The notes beneath the pieces were generated by a model. The model worked only from the letters and a program-made list of their open reading frames with translations. It made no database searches and was not told the DNA's origin. The position numbers and the translations under genes were made by a program. This document shows, piece after piece, positions 37,828 through 49,022 of a stretch of DNA of 64,000 bases. Position 1 is the first letter of the stretch. Each line of letters opens with the position of its first letter. The DNA comes from Candidatus Bathyarchaeota archaeon (lineage in GTDB: Archaea > Thermoproteota > Bathyarchaeia > Bathyarchaeales > Bathycorpusculaceae), in assembly GCA_963775465.1 (NCBI GenBank), contig CAVZIW010000001.1, forward strand, positions 96,001 to 160,000, read 5' to 3'.

Positions 37828-38103
37828 TATTTTCCCCGCAATAACACCTACTTTTCAGGCTGATTTAATATAACTCTTTTGTGTAACTAACTGAATAAAC
37901 GTAAAAATAGGAATGCAAAATCGAATAAACGAACAGCTTATAAAAAGTGGCTATTGCCGAGATAACATTTTGGTTAATCCCTCAAAGAAGCAACCAAACG
38001 CTTACTTTCACTCATAAGATTTGTTAAACAAAGAGAAAAATTGCAACTAATTGCATAAAAATATTAATTACAGCTTCCACTAGTATAATTCGGAGACTTA
38101 GAA

Positions 38104-38337
38104 TTGCCCAAAGCCTTTGTATTAATAAATGTTGAATCAGGAGCAGAAGAAGACCTCGTTGCAGAACTTAAAAAAATTGACGGCGTGGAAGAAGCCTACT
38201 TTTCTTACGGGGTATACGATATAATTACGAAAGTCAGAGCTGAAACTATGGAAAAACTAAAGGATATGGTTACAAGACGAGTTAGAGCAATGAGCAAAGT
38301 TAGGTCAACTTTGACTTTGATAATTATGGACGAGTAA
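38104..38337 (+). CDS. Stand-alone Lrp/AsnC ligand-binding (RAM) domain protein
   Basis: AFVLIN...GVEEA...YGVYDII..VRSTLTLI. Confidence 0.9.
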   Translation: MPKAFVLINVESGAEEDLVAELKKIDGVEEAYFSYGVYDIITKVRAETMEKLKDMVTRRVRAMSKVRSTLTLIIMDE

Positions 38338-38583
38338 TAACATTATTTTTTATTTTTTGTCAATTCAATATTTTTAGAAACAAGACAACAGTTTTTAGAT
38401 ATTATGCAAGTAAATGATGTGACCAAAGCCACAAATATAATCAAGAACATGTTTCTTGTTTGTCGATCTTTTCAGTATTATTTTGCTTATCCCGTAAAAA
38501 TTAATTAGTGAGACAAAGAAAAATAAAAACGTAGGCTGAATGATAATATTTTCTATAACCCTTAATAGGTTAGCCATCGATGG

Positions 38584-39639
38584 TTGTTAAATAAGGCTCG
38601 AAAAAGCATGGAAACGGGGAAAAAACCATTTCAGTCTAACGTAGTCCTGATAATATTAATTGCTGGGTTAGTTGCTTTCTTACTTTACGTATTTTTCTTT
38701 GTTAATCCTGCACAAATTGTGGCAACTCTTGCCAAGACAAATCTTGCAATTTATGCATTTGCCTTTGTTGCATTCGGGTTAAGCACCTTTTTCTCTTCTT
38801 TGGTTTGGAATAGTCTTCTTAATAATTTATCAGTTAAAATTTCCAAACGAAAGACCTTTCTTTTTACATGGGTGGGCTTATTTTTTGATGCCACTGTACC
38901 CCAGTTGGGTTGGTCAGCTGAAATTTCTAAAACATACCTGTTGGCAAAGGATGTCAAAGTAGAGGCTGGTCGAGTTGTGGCATCAGTAGTTGGACAAAAA
39001 ATATTTACTATGACCATAGCAATTACTGCTCTAAGTACAGGTTTAATCTTAGTATTGTTGAGCTATTCGTTGCCGCTTGTATCCATTGTGCTGATTAGCT
39101 TAGTATTAACATTGTCGATACTAACTTTAGCAGTTGTTTACTACGTTAGTTTCAAGCCAAGGACTACAAAAAAGCTTCTTAACGCGGCAATCAAAATAGC
39201 ATTGTTTTTCAGAAAAAGTTGGGATCCCCAAAATTTCAAAACCAAAGCAGAAGAAACGCTGGATAACTTCCACTCAGGTTTTAAGCAATTAAAATCTAAT
39301 CCCAAAGGATTAATTCTACCGATATGTTATGCGGTTACAGCTTTTCTTTTTGAAGTTTCAGTTGTCTTTCTAACTTTTTTGGCTCTGGGACAACCAGTAC
39401 CTATTGATGTTGTGCTCATCGTTTTTACTATAACGGGAACTTTGCAGACTGTTGGAGTGGCGATTTTCGGTTTTCCCGAGTTAATCATGACTTTAACGTT
39501 TACCGCGCTATACATTGAGCCTGCGGTTGCTGTATCTGTCGCTTTGTTAACAAGGGTTGTGAATCTTTGGTTTAGACTCTTCGTTTCATACTTAGCGCTG
39601 CAGTGGGCGGGAATAAAAATACTCAGAAAAACGTCATGA
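38584..39639 (+). CDS. Lysylphosphatidylglycerol-synthase-TM / flippase-like membrane protein
   Basis: Multi-TM topology; W..LL, FFD..VP, E.SK.Y and ALLTR.V..W patterns. Confidence 0.75.
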   Translation: MLNKARKSMETGKKPFQSNVVLIILIAGLVAFLLYVFFFVNPAQIVATLAKTNLAIYAFAFVAFGLSTFFSSLVWNSLLNNLSVKISKRKTFLFTWVGLFFDATVPQLGWSAEISKTYLLAKDVKVEAGRVVASVVGQKIFTMTIAITALSTGLILVLLSYSLPLVSIVLISLVLTLSILTLAVVYYVSFKPRTTKKLLNAAIKIALFFRKSWDPQNFKTKAEETLDNFHSGFKQLKSNPKGLILPICYAVTAFLFEVSVVFLTFLALGQPVPIDVVLIVFTITGTLQTVGVAIFGFPELIMTLTFTALYIEPAVAVSVALLTRVVNLWFRLFVSYLALQWAGIKILRKTS

Positions 39640-39699
39640 CCCAAAATAGAAAACATTTTAAAGCTAACTGTGACTAATCAATTATTAGATGATTAAGAT

Positions 39700-39936
39700 A
39701 TGCCTACAGCGTTTGTGTTAATAAATACTGAAATCGGTTCCGAATCAGACGTTCTCAAGGAATTAAAAACTGTTGAGGGCGTTGAGGAAGCTTCAGCTGT
39801 TTACGGTGTTTACGACATAGTGGCGAGAGTAAAATCGGAAACTATGGATAGGCTTAAAGAAATAGTTACATGGCGCATTCGACGCCTCGACAAAGTACGA
39901 TCAACGCTAACAATGATTGTCGTTGAAGATCGATAA
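39700..39936 (+). CDS. Stand-alone Lrp/AsnC ligand-binding domain protein (paralog of 38104)
   Basis: AFVLINTEIG.E...VYGVYDIVA...IRRLDKVRSTLTMIV. Confidence 0.9.
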   Translation: MPTAFVLINTEIGSESDVLKELKTVEGVEEASAVYGVYDIVARVKSETMDRLKEIVTWRIRRLDKVRSTLTMIVVEDR

Positions 39937-40173
39937 ACACAACTTATTTCTTTTATCAACAATAACCCATTTCATTTCTTGCGAGCATAAATAGTTTAAT
40001 TGAGAAACATCGGTAACATATCCTCAAAATTAACAATAGTTGTAACTGAAAGTCAATCAACTTCTTTAAATAATCAGCTGATCTTGAAGCATCCACTATT
40101 TCATAATTTTTTTTCCTTTAACAATATTTTTTACATCCTATTTCATTCTATTCATAAAATTGGAGAACACGCC

Positions 40174-41517
40174 TTGACTATTCAACCAACTCTTAATATC
40201 GGCTTAGATGACACTGACTCAACCAAAGGAGGATGCACCACGTACTTAACCGCTGTGCTAGTTAAGAAACTCAAGGCTTTCAAAGTTGAATTTACTGATT
40301 ATCCTTGCCTAGTTAGACTCAACCCGAATGTGCCCTGGAAAACTAGGGGAAATGGCGCTTTATGTTTACGTTTCAGATTCAAGCCGGAACTAGAGGATGA
40401 CATAAAAGATGCTGCAATAAGCCTTTGGGAAAAACATGCGGCAGTAAAAGAAAAAGGCACAGATCCAGGACTTGTTTTCTACAAAAATGCTGAAATTCCC
40501 AATGAACTAAAGACTTTCTCAAACAGAACTAAAACCTCCATTGTCACTCTCAAGGAAGCCATGAACCTGATTAAAAAAGTTGGAGCGGAAGCATTAGGTT
40601 TCAACTCTTGCAGGGGCATAATTGGCGCGTTAGCCGCTATAGGCGAAACTTTAGAAAAAGACCACACCTACGAGTTGATCACCTATCGCGCCCCTGAAAA
40701 TATAGGGTCAAAAAGAAGAGTGGATGAAACTTCAATTTTTGAAATGGATAAAGCAACCGCTCCCTACACCTTCAATAATGTGGATTCTGAAACGAGAAGA
40801 GTTGTTATTACTCCTCGTGGACCAGACCCAATTTTGTTTGGAATCCGAGGCGAAACCCCAGAAGCAGTTCTAAAGGCATTTAGTATGGTTAAGCCCAAAG
40901 AACCAGTGGAACGCTGGATGATATTCCGCAGCAACCAAGGAACTGACGCCCACTTAACCCATGTTGAAAACCTAAACAAACTTTTACCTTACAGTTCGGT
41001 AATTGTTAAGGGGGAAGTTTCGAAAGATCCCCGGATTATCCCCTTACGTCATGTTATCTTTTCAATAAAAGATGATTCTGCCGAAGTGGATTGCGTTGCG
41101 TTTGAACCAACAGGCAACCTACGTAAAATAGCACGAGAACTAATCATCGGTGACATTGTTGAAGTTTATGGCGCCGTACAGAAGGCGAAAGCTAACAAAA
41201 CACTAGCGATTAACCTTGAAAAAATAATAATACTCAATCTTGCCCAAAAAACTCGGCCAGAAAACCCTATTTGCATTAATTGTGGCAAACACCTGAAATC
41301 TATGGGCAAAATCCAAGGTTTTCGTTGTGAAAAATGCGGTAGTAAATATCCAAAATTAAAGAAAAAAGATACAATTATTCCTAGAACCCTTAAAACCGGT
41401 TTGTACTTAACATCCACACGGTCTCAACGACATCTCACTAAACCACTTAGTAGATACGGGCAAGAAAAGACTGATTCGTCAAGTTACTGTTTGATAGATG
41501 AATGGCATTCTCCATAG
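40174..41517 (+). CDS. tiaS: tRNA(Ile2) agmatinylcytidine synthase
   Basis: IGLDDTDS.KGGCTTY, LVRLNPNVPWKTRGNGA, GPDPILFGIRG, SNQGTD.H, C-terminal Zn ribbon and RHLTKP. Likely TTG 40174 after GGAG. Confidence 0.95.
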   Translation: MTIQPTLNIGLDDTDSTKGGCTTYLTAVLVKKLKAFKVEFTDYPCLVRLNPNVPWKTRGNGALCLRFRFKPELEDDIKDAAISLWEKHAAVKEKGTDPGLVFYKNAEIPNELKTFSNRTKTSIVTLKEAMNLIKKVGAEALGFNSCRGIIGALAAIGETLEKDHTYELITYRAPENIGSKRRVDETSIFEMDKATAPYTFNNVDSETRRVVITPRGPDPILFGIRGETPEAVLKAFSMVKPKEPVERWMIFRSNQGTDAHLTHVENLNKLLPYSSVIVKGEVSKDPRIIPLRHVIFSIKDDSAEVDCVAFEPTGNLRKIARELIIGDIVEVYGAVQKAKANKTLAINLEKIIILNLAQKTRPENPICINCGKHLKSMGKIQGFRCEKCGSKYPKLKKKDTIIPRTLKTGLYLTSTRSQRHLTKPLSRYGQEKTDSSSYCLIDEWHSP

Positions 41518-41601
41518 CATTAATCCGTTATTTTTTCTGCAAAATGCTTTAAATTCTTCAAGCTCGTAAACCCCTTCTCATAGGACAGAGGTTATTCTTC
41601 A

Positions 41602-44418
41602 ATGGTTGAAAAAAGTTTCCCACCATCAGCTTACGAGCTTCCCTTCTTTAAAAAAGAAGGTTTTGTCCGTAAGCATTGCCCAAAATGCGGTGAAAATTTT
41701 TGGACCCAGAACCAAAAGCAGGAGACTTGTGGTGAATCAGGTTCTGATGAATGCGGCTGCTACACTTTTCTTGGCAACCCAGCTACGATAAAGAAATATA
41801 CACTTTCTGAAATGAGGGAAGCTTTCCTATCTTTCTTCGAAAGAAATGAACATACTCGGATCAAACCTTATCCGGTTGTAGCCCGCTGGCGAAAGGACAT
41901 TTATCTAACTCATGCCAGTATCATCGATTTTCAACCGTATGTTACGGAGGGAATTGCTCCTCCACCTGCCAATCCTTTGGTGATTTCTCAACCTTGTATT
42001 AGATTAACAGACATATCCAACACGGGTCCAACTTTTGGTAGGCATTTGACCATTTTTGAAATGGGTGGGGCACACGCTTTCAATTACCCTCAAAAAGAGG
42101 TCTATTGGAAAGATGACACAGTTCGTTTCCACCATCTTTTTGCAACAGAATGTCTCGGTATTAAGTCTGAGGAAGTCATTTACAAGGAAGGAGTTTGGGT
42201 GGGAGGCGGAAACGCGGGTCCAGATGTAGAGTGCATTGTTCGTGGTTTAGAAGTGGGTACCCTTGTGTTTATGCAGTACAAGGTTGTTGGCGATGACTTT
42301 GTTGAGTTGCCTATCCGAACAGTTGACACAGGATACGGAATTGATCGTTTCGCTTGGATCAGTCAGGGCGTATCAAATGCTTTTCAAGCAATTTACGGTG
42401 ACTTAGTTGACAAAGTAATGAATATGGCTGGAATAACTAACATCGATGAAGACTTTTTGGCATGTGTGGCAAAATACTCAGGTATAGTCAGTGTTGACAA
42501 ACGTGCAAATCGTCTTGTTGCTAGAAAACGTGTTTCTGAATTAACTGGAATCGATCTCGAGACTCTTGACAGAGTTCTGATTCCCATAGAAAACGCTTGG
42601 GCAGTAATCGACCACACTAAAACACTAAGCTTCATGCTATCCGAAGGCGTCGTGCCCTCAAACATCCAAGAAGGATATCTTGCACGGCTGCTGTTCCGGC
42701 GGGTTTACCGTCTTATGCGCGCGCTCAACATTGAGCCCAACAGACTCTACGACATTATCGACTTGCAAGTAAACTATTGGGGAAAAGATTTTCCACAAAT
42801 AAAAGAGATGCAAAACGAAATCATTGAAATGCTCAAATTAGAGGATGAAAAATTCAAAGAGACCCTTAAACGTGGCGAAGGAATGGTAAAACGTATCGCA
42901 ACTGAGCTCAAGTCTGAGGGGAAAGGTAAACTTCCAACGGATAGACTCACAGAGTTGTATGATTCCCATGGGTTACCGCCTGAAATCGTAAAACAAGCTG
43001 CTGAGAAAGAAGGGGTCGAAGTTGACGTGCCTGAAAACTTCTATGCGCTTATTGCAAATCGCCATATGCAGATGCCTAAACCTGTTGAGGAAGATGAAGT
43101 GAAGTCAGAGCAGAACCTTGAGAAAGTTGCTGAGGAATTGTCCGCTACCGAGCTGCTGTATTATAATGATGTTTACATGAAAGAATTTGATGCTAAAGTC
43201 CTTAAGGTTTTGGAGGGCATCTATATTGTACTTGATGGTACATGTTTCTATCCTGAAGGGGGAGGCCAACCCCACGATGAAGGCTGGATCATAAGCGAAG
43301 ACAACAAATTTGAAGTAGTTGATGTGCAGAAAATTGGGAAAGTCATCGTTCACAAACTCAACACGCCTGCAACATTCAAGGAAGGAAGTACAGTTCATGG
43401 TATGCTCAACTGGGATAGACGTTACTCGCTAATGAAAGCCCATACCGTTACACACCTAATCAATGGTGCAGCGCGCAGAGTATTAGGCGAACATGTTTGG
43501 CAATCAGGAACACAAAAAGGTCTGGAAACCTCCCGCCTAGATATTTCTCATTATCGAAGATTAACCCAAGAAGAAATTTACAAAATCGAAACACTAGCCA
43601 ACAAAGCAATAACTGCCAACATGAAAGTTGAAACCACTTGGTTGCCCCGAAATGAAGCAGAAGCACACTATGGTTTCCGTCTTTATCAGGGTGGTGCAGT
43701 GCCGGGCAAAGATATCCGCGTTGTCAAAACAGGTGATTGGGATGTAGAGGCATGCGCCGGAACGCACCTTGGCACTACCGGCGAAGTGGCCTTTGTCAAA
43801 ATTGTCTACACCGAACGCATCCAAGACGGAGTTGAACGACTTGGTTATGCCGTTGGGCTTAGAGCGCTCAAATATGTTCAAGAACAAGAAAGTCTGTTAA
43901 TTAAGGTTTCAGAGTCATTAATTTCTCCAATAGATAAACTTGATAAGACTGCAGAAAAAATTGTCCGTGAACTCAAAGAAGCTAATGCAGAGAAACGTCG
44001 CTTAATCAAAGAGTTGGCAGAAAAGGAAAGCTTAGCCGGACAAATGCAAAACTCAAAAGATATATCAGATTTTGGCGGGATCGTGATTGTGAAACGTGAT
44101 TTCGGTGAAGTAGTAGATGTTAACCGAATGCTGCAAACCGCAACTGAAATCATAAAGCAAAATAATGCTACAGTTACACTGTTTTTTGGTTCAGATGGAA
44201 AAACCTGTAGATTATTGGTTATGGCAGGTGATGCAGCACTTCAAAAAGGCATTAATGCAGACAAAATAGTCAAAGTGGTATCCCCGATTTTCGGAGGAGG
44301 CGGCGGCGGAAGAGCCAACTTTGCTCAAGGAGGCGGCACTAAACCAGAAAAAATCCAAGAGGCTGTGAAGGCAGCTGAAGAGGAAGCAAAGAAACAGCTG
44401 AAAAATAACTCCGTTTAA
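41602..44418 (+). CDS. alaS: Alanyl-tRNA synthetase (archaeal type)
   Basis: YPVVARWR, QPCIR, VDTGYG.DR, editing HTVTH and CAGTH, and C-Ala GGGGGGR. Confidence 0.98.
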   Translation: MVEKSFPPSAYELPFFKKEGFVRKHCPKCGENFWTQNQKQETCGESGSDECGCYTFLGNPATIKKYTLSEMREAFLSFFERNEHTRIKPYPVVARWRKDIYLTHASIIDFQPYVTEGIAPPPANPLVISQPCIRLTDISNTGPTFGRHLTIFEMGGAHAFNYPQKEVYWKDDTVRFHHLFATECLGIKSEEVIYKEGVWVGGGNAGPDVECIVRGLEVGTLVFMQYKVVGDDFVELPIRTVDTGYGIDRFAWISQGVSNAFQAIYGDLVDKVMNMAGITNIDEDFLACVAKYSGIVSVDKRANRLVARKRVSELTGIDLETLDRVLIPIENAWAVIDHTKTLSFMLSEGVVPSNIQEGYLARLLFRRVYRLMRALNIEPNRLYDIIDLQVNYWGKDFPQIKEMQNEIIEMLKLEDEKFKETLKRGEGMVKRIATELKSEGKGKLPTDRLTELYDSHGLPPEIVKQAAEKEGVEVDVPENFYALIANRHMQMPKPVEEDEVKSEQNLEKVAEELSATELLYYNDVYMKEFDAKVLKVLEGIYIVLDGTCFYPEGGGQPHDEGWIISEDNKFEVVDVQKIGKVIVHKLNTPATFKEGSTVHGMLNWDRRYSLMKAHTVTHLINGAARRVLGEHVWQSGTQKGLETSRLDISHYRRLTQEEIYKIETLANKAITANMKVETTWLPRNEAEAHYGFRLYQGGAVPGKDIRVVKTGDWDVEACAGTHLGTTGEVAFVKIVYTERIQDGVERLGYAVGLRALKYVQEQESLLIKVSESLISPIDKLDKTAEKIVRELKEANAEKRRLIKELAEKESLAGQMQNSKDISDFGGIVIVKRDFGEVVDVNRMLQTATEIIKQNNATVTLFFGSDGKTCRLLVMAGDAALQKGINADKIVKVVSPIFGGGGGGRANFAQGGGTKPEKIQEAVKAAEEEAKKQLKNNSV

Positions 44419-44553
44419 AACAAAAAACATACACTAAAGCAATCCGGACACCTCTAAAAATTACCTCCATATTTTCAGGAAAAAGCTCAAATTGACAGGA
44501 ACTAACTATTTTGACAATGGATAATACAAAAAATACTCAGCAAGAAAAAAAAG

Positions 44554-45127
44554 TTGAGGAACAACATAAGACACTTCAAGCAGCCAAAAATAGATAGTCT
44601 GGCATACCAATTTGACATCCAAAAATCAATAAACAAGGAAAAACCCAAGAAAACAATAGTTATCACTGGAATTACTCATATCCCAAAAGAAAACGAGTTG
44701 GGCATTAAAATTTGGTTCGACTTATTGCCTTCAAAAGCTTCATTCTCCAAAATAACATTAGACATATACTTTCAAGACCATTTACTCAAATCAACAACAC
44801 TTGGCATACCGCAAAGCTTACTTCTAAACGATAGTTTTGAGCATTCCTTAGTGTTAGACATGAGAGGAATACGCGAAGGAGACTACATAATCAGGGTAGA
44901 AATCTACGAGTTATGGGATGCAAATGAAAAACTAAACTTCACTTCCGAAGAAAGAATCATACATTATGTACCTATAACTAGTAGAAGAAAGATTAGTTAG
45001 AATTCCAACAGTAAAGAGCGTTGGTGACACCGACTTGGCAGTTGTTTCATCTGCTGCAAGGGGAATTTTTAGCGAATTAAATGATGACTTGAGAAGAGAA
45101 TCAGAAAGCAAAAGAGACCAATGGTGA
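44554..45127 (+). pseudogene. Hypothetical protein, probably frameshifted at ~44980
   Basis: The ORF stops at 45000, but the +1 frame continues 48 codons (VEERLVRIPTVKSVG...KRDQW*) to 45127. Confidence 0.5.
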
Positions 45128-45204
45128 AGCGCATCCTGTAATCTTATTCCACTTTAGAAAACAGTTAAAACGGTCCTATGACTTAATCTGTAAGGCGACG
45201 TCTA

Positions 45205-45537
45205 ATGGACGCATTTAAGGTAACAATCATTGTAGCCGTACTGGCTTCTCTAGCTGTTTTAGGAGGCATTGTAGTCATTAGTCAGGATGCTATAGATAAT
45301 GCAAAAATCCCCGAAGTCCAAAAAGACAAAGTCGTTTCTAAAACTGTTATTGAGGATGGTTATCCAGCAAACTTTTCCGTTATACTTGACAGCGGTCAAA
45401 TACTGTACATTTTAAATGACTCAGCTCTTTACGATAGCATATTGATTAATCAAACTTACCAATTTGATTGTCGGCTAGATTTCAAACAAAAAATAATTTT
45501 TATAGAGACAGCAACACTACAAGACAAAATTGCATAG
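45205..45537 (+). CDS. Membrane-anchored hypothetical protein
   Basis: N-terminal TM followed by a beta-rich domain. Confidence 0.65.
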   Translation: MDAFKVTIIVAVLASLAVLGGIVVISQDAIDNAKIPEVQKDKVVSKTVIEDGYPANFSVILDSGQILYILNDSALYDSILINQTYQFDCRLDFKQKIIFIETATLQDKIA

Positions 45538-45588
45538 AAGTCTTTAGTCTACAAATGGAATAATCTTATTCTAGTAAAAAGGATCTTT

Positions 45589-46161
45589 TTATGCTAAGAC
45601 GTTTAGGTTTATCAAAATAAAGACGCTAATGTAGATTAAGAAGAAAACACTAAAGAATTTATGATAATTTTGATTTTTTGTCACAACTGCAACTATGCTC
45701 AAAACGGTCATCAACAGAATTGTAATAATGTATAATGGTCCTTGAGTTAGTAAATGCGGGACTCCTTTAAGCACAGTATCCACAAAGTCTAATAGCGGAA
45801 GCATAGCCGCCAAAGCAAAAAACCAACGGTGATCCTCATAAAAGTTCTCCTTAAAATTCATGATTGGCTCCTCGAAAGGATCAGGAAACAAAATAACTGT
45901 TAATAAGAATGAAACAGTTGGCGTTAAGAGCAAAAACATGAAAAGCGGAAAAGTCCACGTAGGCTGCGGTTCCCAACGGAACATTACCCACCAATTTAAA
46001 CCCATAAACAAAAAAACGTTAAGGCTCCAAAGCAAATGAACCCAATAAGTATGGACCTTTTTTCTCTTCTCTAAAATTCTCCCTATCCCAGTAAGGAGCC
46101 TAGTTATGCCTAAGGCAATGACTATTGAAGGTACGATGGATATGTAGGAGAAAGCATCCAT
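45589..46161 (-). CDS. Integral membrane hypothetical protein
   Basis: FSY.S...SI..ALG.TRLL.G, YWVH..W, WW..F and F...RWFF; likely ATG at 46161. Confidence 0.75.
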   Translation of the reverse strand: MDAFSYISIVPSIVIALGITRLLTGIGRILEKRKKVHTYWVHLLWSLNVFLFMGLNWWVMFRWEPQPTWTFPLFMFLLLTPTVSFLLTVILFPDPFEEPIMNFKENFYEDHRWFFALAAMLPLLDFVDTVLKGVPHLLTQGPLYIITILLMTVLSIVAVVTKNQNYHKFFSVFFLIYISVFILINLNVLA

Positions 46162-46262
46162 GCTTTCGCTCAGCCAGCAATAGAGCAAAAATATGAAGAT
46201 GAATATTTAACATTTGCTCAGAAACCCATTTTTACTTTAGAATCAAGAGGGACAAGTTTTTT

Positions 46263-46535
46263 CTATTCTTTCTTAGCTTTCCATTCTTCTACCATGCGTT
46301 TTACTTTCTTTTCCAACTTCAACTCGTATTCATGTTCTGGCACCATAGGTAGAAGCGCGTCTTCCTTTACCAACTCGCTTGGCTGCACAATACGTCTTTC
46401 TCCAGCTTTAACAGGGACCTTTTCACCTTCTAAACAATCCTTAAAATCTTCCAAAGCTTCCACGATCCAGTAGCCTTCACTTTCTGTTATAATTTTGACT
46501 TTGTATTTTCCTCTATAATAGTAGAAAGGGTCCAA
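46263..46535 (-). CDS. Small hypothetical protein
   Basis: 90-aa ORF with a beta-rich N-half and charged helical C-end. Confidence 0.65.
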   Translation of the reverse strand: MDPFYYYRGKYKVKIITESEGYWIVEALEDFKDCLEGEKVPVKAGERRIVQPSELVKEDALLPMVPEHEYELKLEKKVKRMVEEWKAKKE

Positions 46536-47108
46536 AGAATTTCACAATAACTAGTTTGTTTGAGGGTAAATAACTCTTACTCATGGCTCTATAGAGTGCA
46601 CTCAAGTCTTTTTTAATACCATTCATTGATTAAAGAGATTAAAAAAAGAGCATGCAACAAAGCCCAGGGAAGATGAATCAAGACTAATTTCTCAAAATCA
46701 TGGAAACAGGTCTCGAAATCTTTCTTAAATTGCGACTTCGAGACTTCGAAGACAACGAAAATCTCGCTTCACCCTTCAAGTCGGTCAATTTAAACAAGAT
46801 TCCTTTATTGTAACGCTTCTTCGATTATCGAAAAGTCAACAAGCCAACATCACTAATTTTTGATAACTTCAAATGTTTGTTCACTAATACACGCACTTAG
46901 CAGAAAAGCAATATTTAGTGAAACAACAAGGCTAACTTTTTTTATATGCAAATTTTATGAATTTTGTTGAGTCGATCGATATCCGAATAGGTTTTTTCGC
47001 AAAACTATTGCAATTTATTGCCTTCTACTTGTGATGCAAATGTCCAGTTTGTTTTCTATTTCAGATACGCTTCTGATAGCTGCAACGACTATATTGCAGT
47101 TTCAACAA

Positions 47109-48822
47109 TTAGCCATTAACGGTTTCTAAGCTTTGAGTCTTTTTACAGAGATTTGAGATAGCAAGCATAATTGGCGGCATTGTAAAAATACTAAATACCC
47201 GCGTGTACTTGGCCGCACCAGCTTTTTGGACGTTATCCACATTCCCGCCCCCGCGCAAGTATCCGTCGATAAAAGCCTTAGCAATGGACTCAGCTTTATT
47301 ACTACTGTTGAAAGGTTGAAGATGATGTCCACAATAATAAAGAAAAACTGCTATATCCCAAGCTTTATCCCCACCCTGTGTGGCTTGTTCAAAATCAATT
47401 AGGAAAATCGTTCCGTCTTTTTTAATTAACATGTTTTCTGGTTTAGTGTCGCCTAAAACAATATTTCGGGAATGAACTTTAGCAAAAATTTCTGCCCACT
47501 TTGTCAATTAAAGCAAGTTCAGCTGAAGTATCTTGACCGATTTCTGCTTCCGCTATGCGTTTAACGGCTTGGCTTAGGCTTTCTCCTTCTATAAACTCCA
47601 TAAAAACCAAACGTTGTGAATTACTTATATGTAAAATCTTGGGAACATTGAAGCCTTCTGACCTTAGCAATTCGCTGATTGCACATTCTTTGGAGAGACG
47701 CGCTTGACCTGAAACTGCAAATGATCGAGCTCCAAAAGACCACAATGACAACGGGAACCATTTGAATCCTGCCCAATCTTTGAACCGTTTAGCTAAGACT
47801 TTTTGTTCAGCTCCGTCAATGTGTGCGCTAATCAAATAGACGTCGTTTAACATTCCGCCGACTGGTTCTACCTGGATGTCGCCGACACGCCCTTTTAACA
47901 ACATTTTTTTTGCGAATCCCTTAATGTTAACTCTATCTGACAATGAAACCAATCCTTCGCTTGTCGGTATATACACATACTTCTGTGGGTCAATAAACTT
48001 GCATCCAAAATCAAGCTGACGAACCCAATTAATTCTCTGAGTTTTCAAAAAAGTTTCCGTATTGTGGGAAACAATACTCATTAATTGCGGTAAAACCCCA
48101 AATATTGATGTAAATAAAGTTCTGGGCGCGTTTTTTGACATATTTATAAAACGTTTTTTAGGGTTTTGAACTTTTGAAATGACTTTTTGGGAAATTTTTA
48201 CATAGCCATTAGAGAAACTAATTTTTCCTTCTGCTTCAAGTTGTTGCAGGGCGTTTTTATAGCCGCTGAGTTCTTGGTCCTCGTTCTGTTCAAGGCACCC
48301 CATCAATCCTGCCAAATCATAGGCTAATAATGGGAAAACTCGTATACGTTTAAGATAAACCTCGTATAGGAAATATTGTGGTTTAATTTGGATTTGATTT
48401 GCTAGTTCGGGGAAATTTAACGCCAAGTTCTCGATTAACTCAAGAACTAGGCGTTTTTTTAATTCAATTTCTTTTTCACGCAAATATTTTTTGCCGAGAA
48501 GAGGGAAATATGGAAAAATGAGTTTGCTTGCGAAAGCTTCTCCTAATAATCCTCTTTCTACGTCGCGTTCGAAAATCCATTGGTCAACTGCAAAAATAAA
48601 AAATGTCTTGCCATTAATCACCTTTAGATAGCTAATCATCCTTGGCGGATAATCGTGAATAACAAGCATGACTTCTTGAATTGTTCGCTCAAAAGATGTT
48701 TTAGCGGAATAGATGTCAACATATGCAATGGATGAGATTGTTGATGAACCAGCGAGGTGTCTACAAAAATCCAGTACTTGCTTGTTTAATCCGCTGCCTG
48801 CGCTGCTATTATTTTCTTTCAA
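47109..48822 (-). pseudogene. NTase-like + atypical protein kinase (RIO/Bud32/Kdo-like) fusion, split by a 1-nt insertion at ~47494
   Basis: GGMLNDVY, VLAKRF and FMEFIEG lie in ORF 47479-48822; GDTKPEN and IDFEQA lie in ORF 47109-47507. Removing one A (GGC-A-GAA) gives DKVGEIFAKVH. Confidence 0.75.
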
Positions 48823-49022
48823 TTTTTCACCAAAGCATATAGAAGGAAATATTAAATGATGTATTTAAAACGAGTTTGTTTAAGTCTATCATTATTTAAT
48901 GTTATTGAGGAAAGCAAGTAAGATAAAAACAGCAAAATCACCTAATTCTATTTCCCCGGCAATTATTCCCGATGAAAAAGCTTTTATCTTCATTGAACTC
49001 ACAGAAAATTAGAGGAATAAAA

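Noticed and set aside
38104-39936. Two Lrp/AsnC-domain paralogs flanking a flippase-like gene as a mobile cassette
   Set aside because: The copies are well diverged, no terminal repeats are visible, and stand-alone RAM-domain paralogs are common in these archaea.
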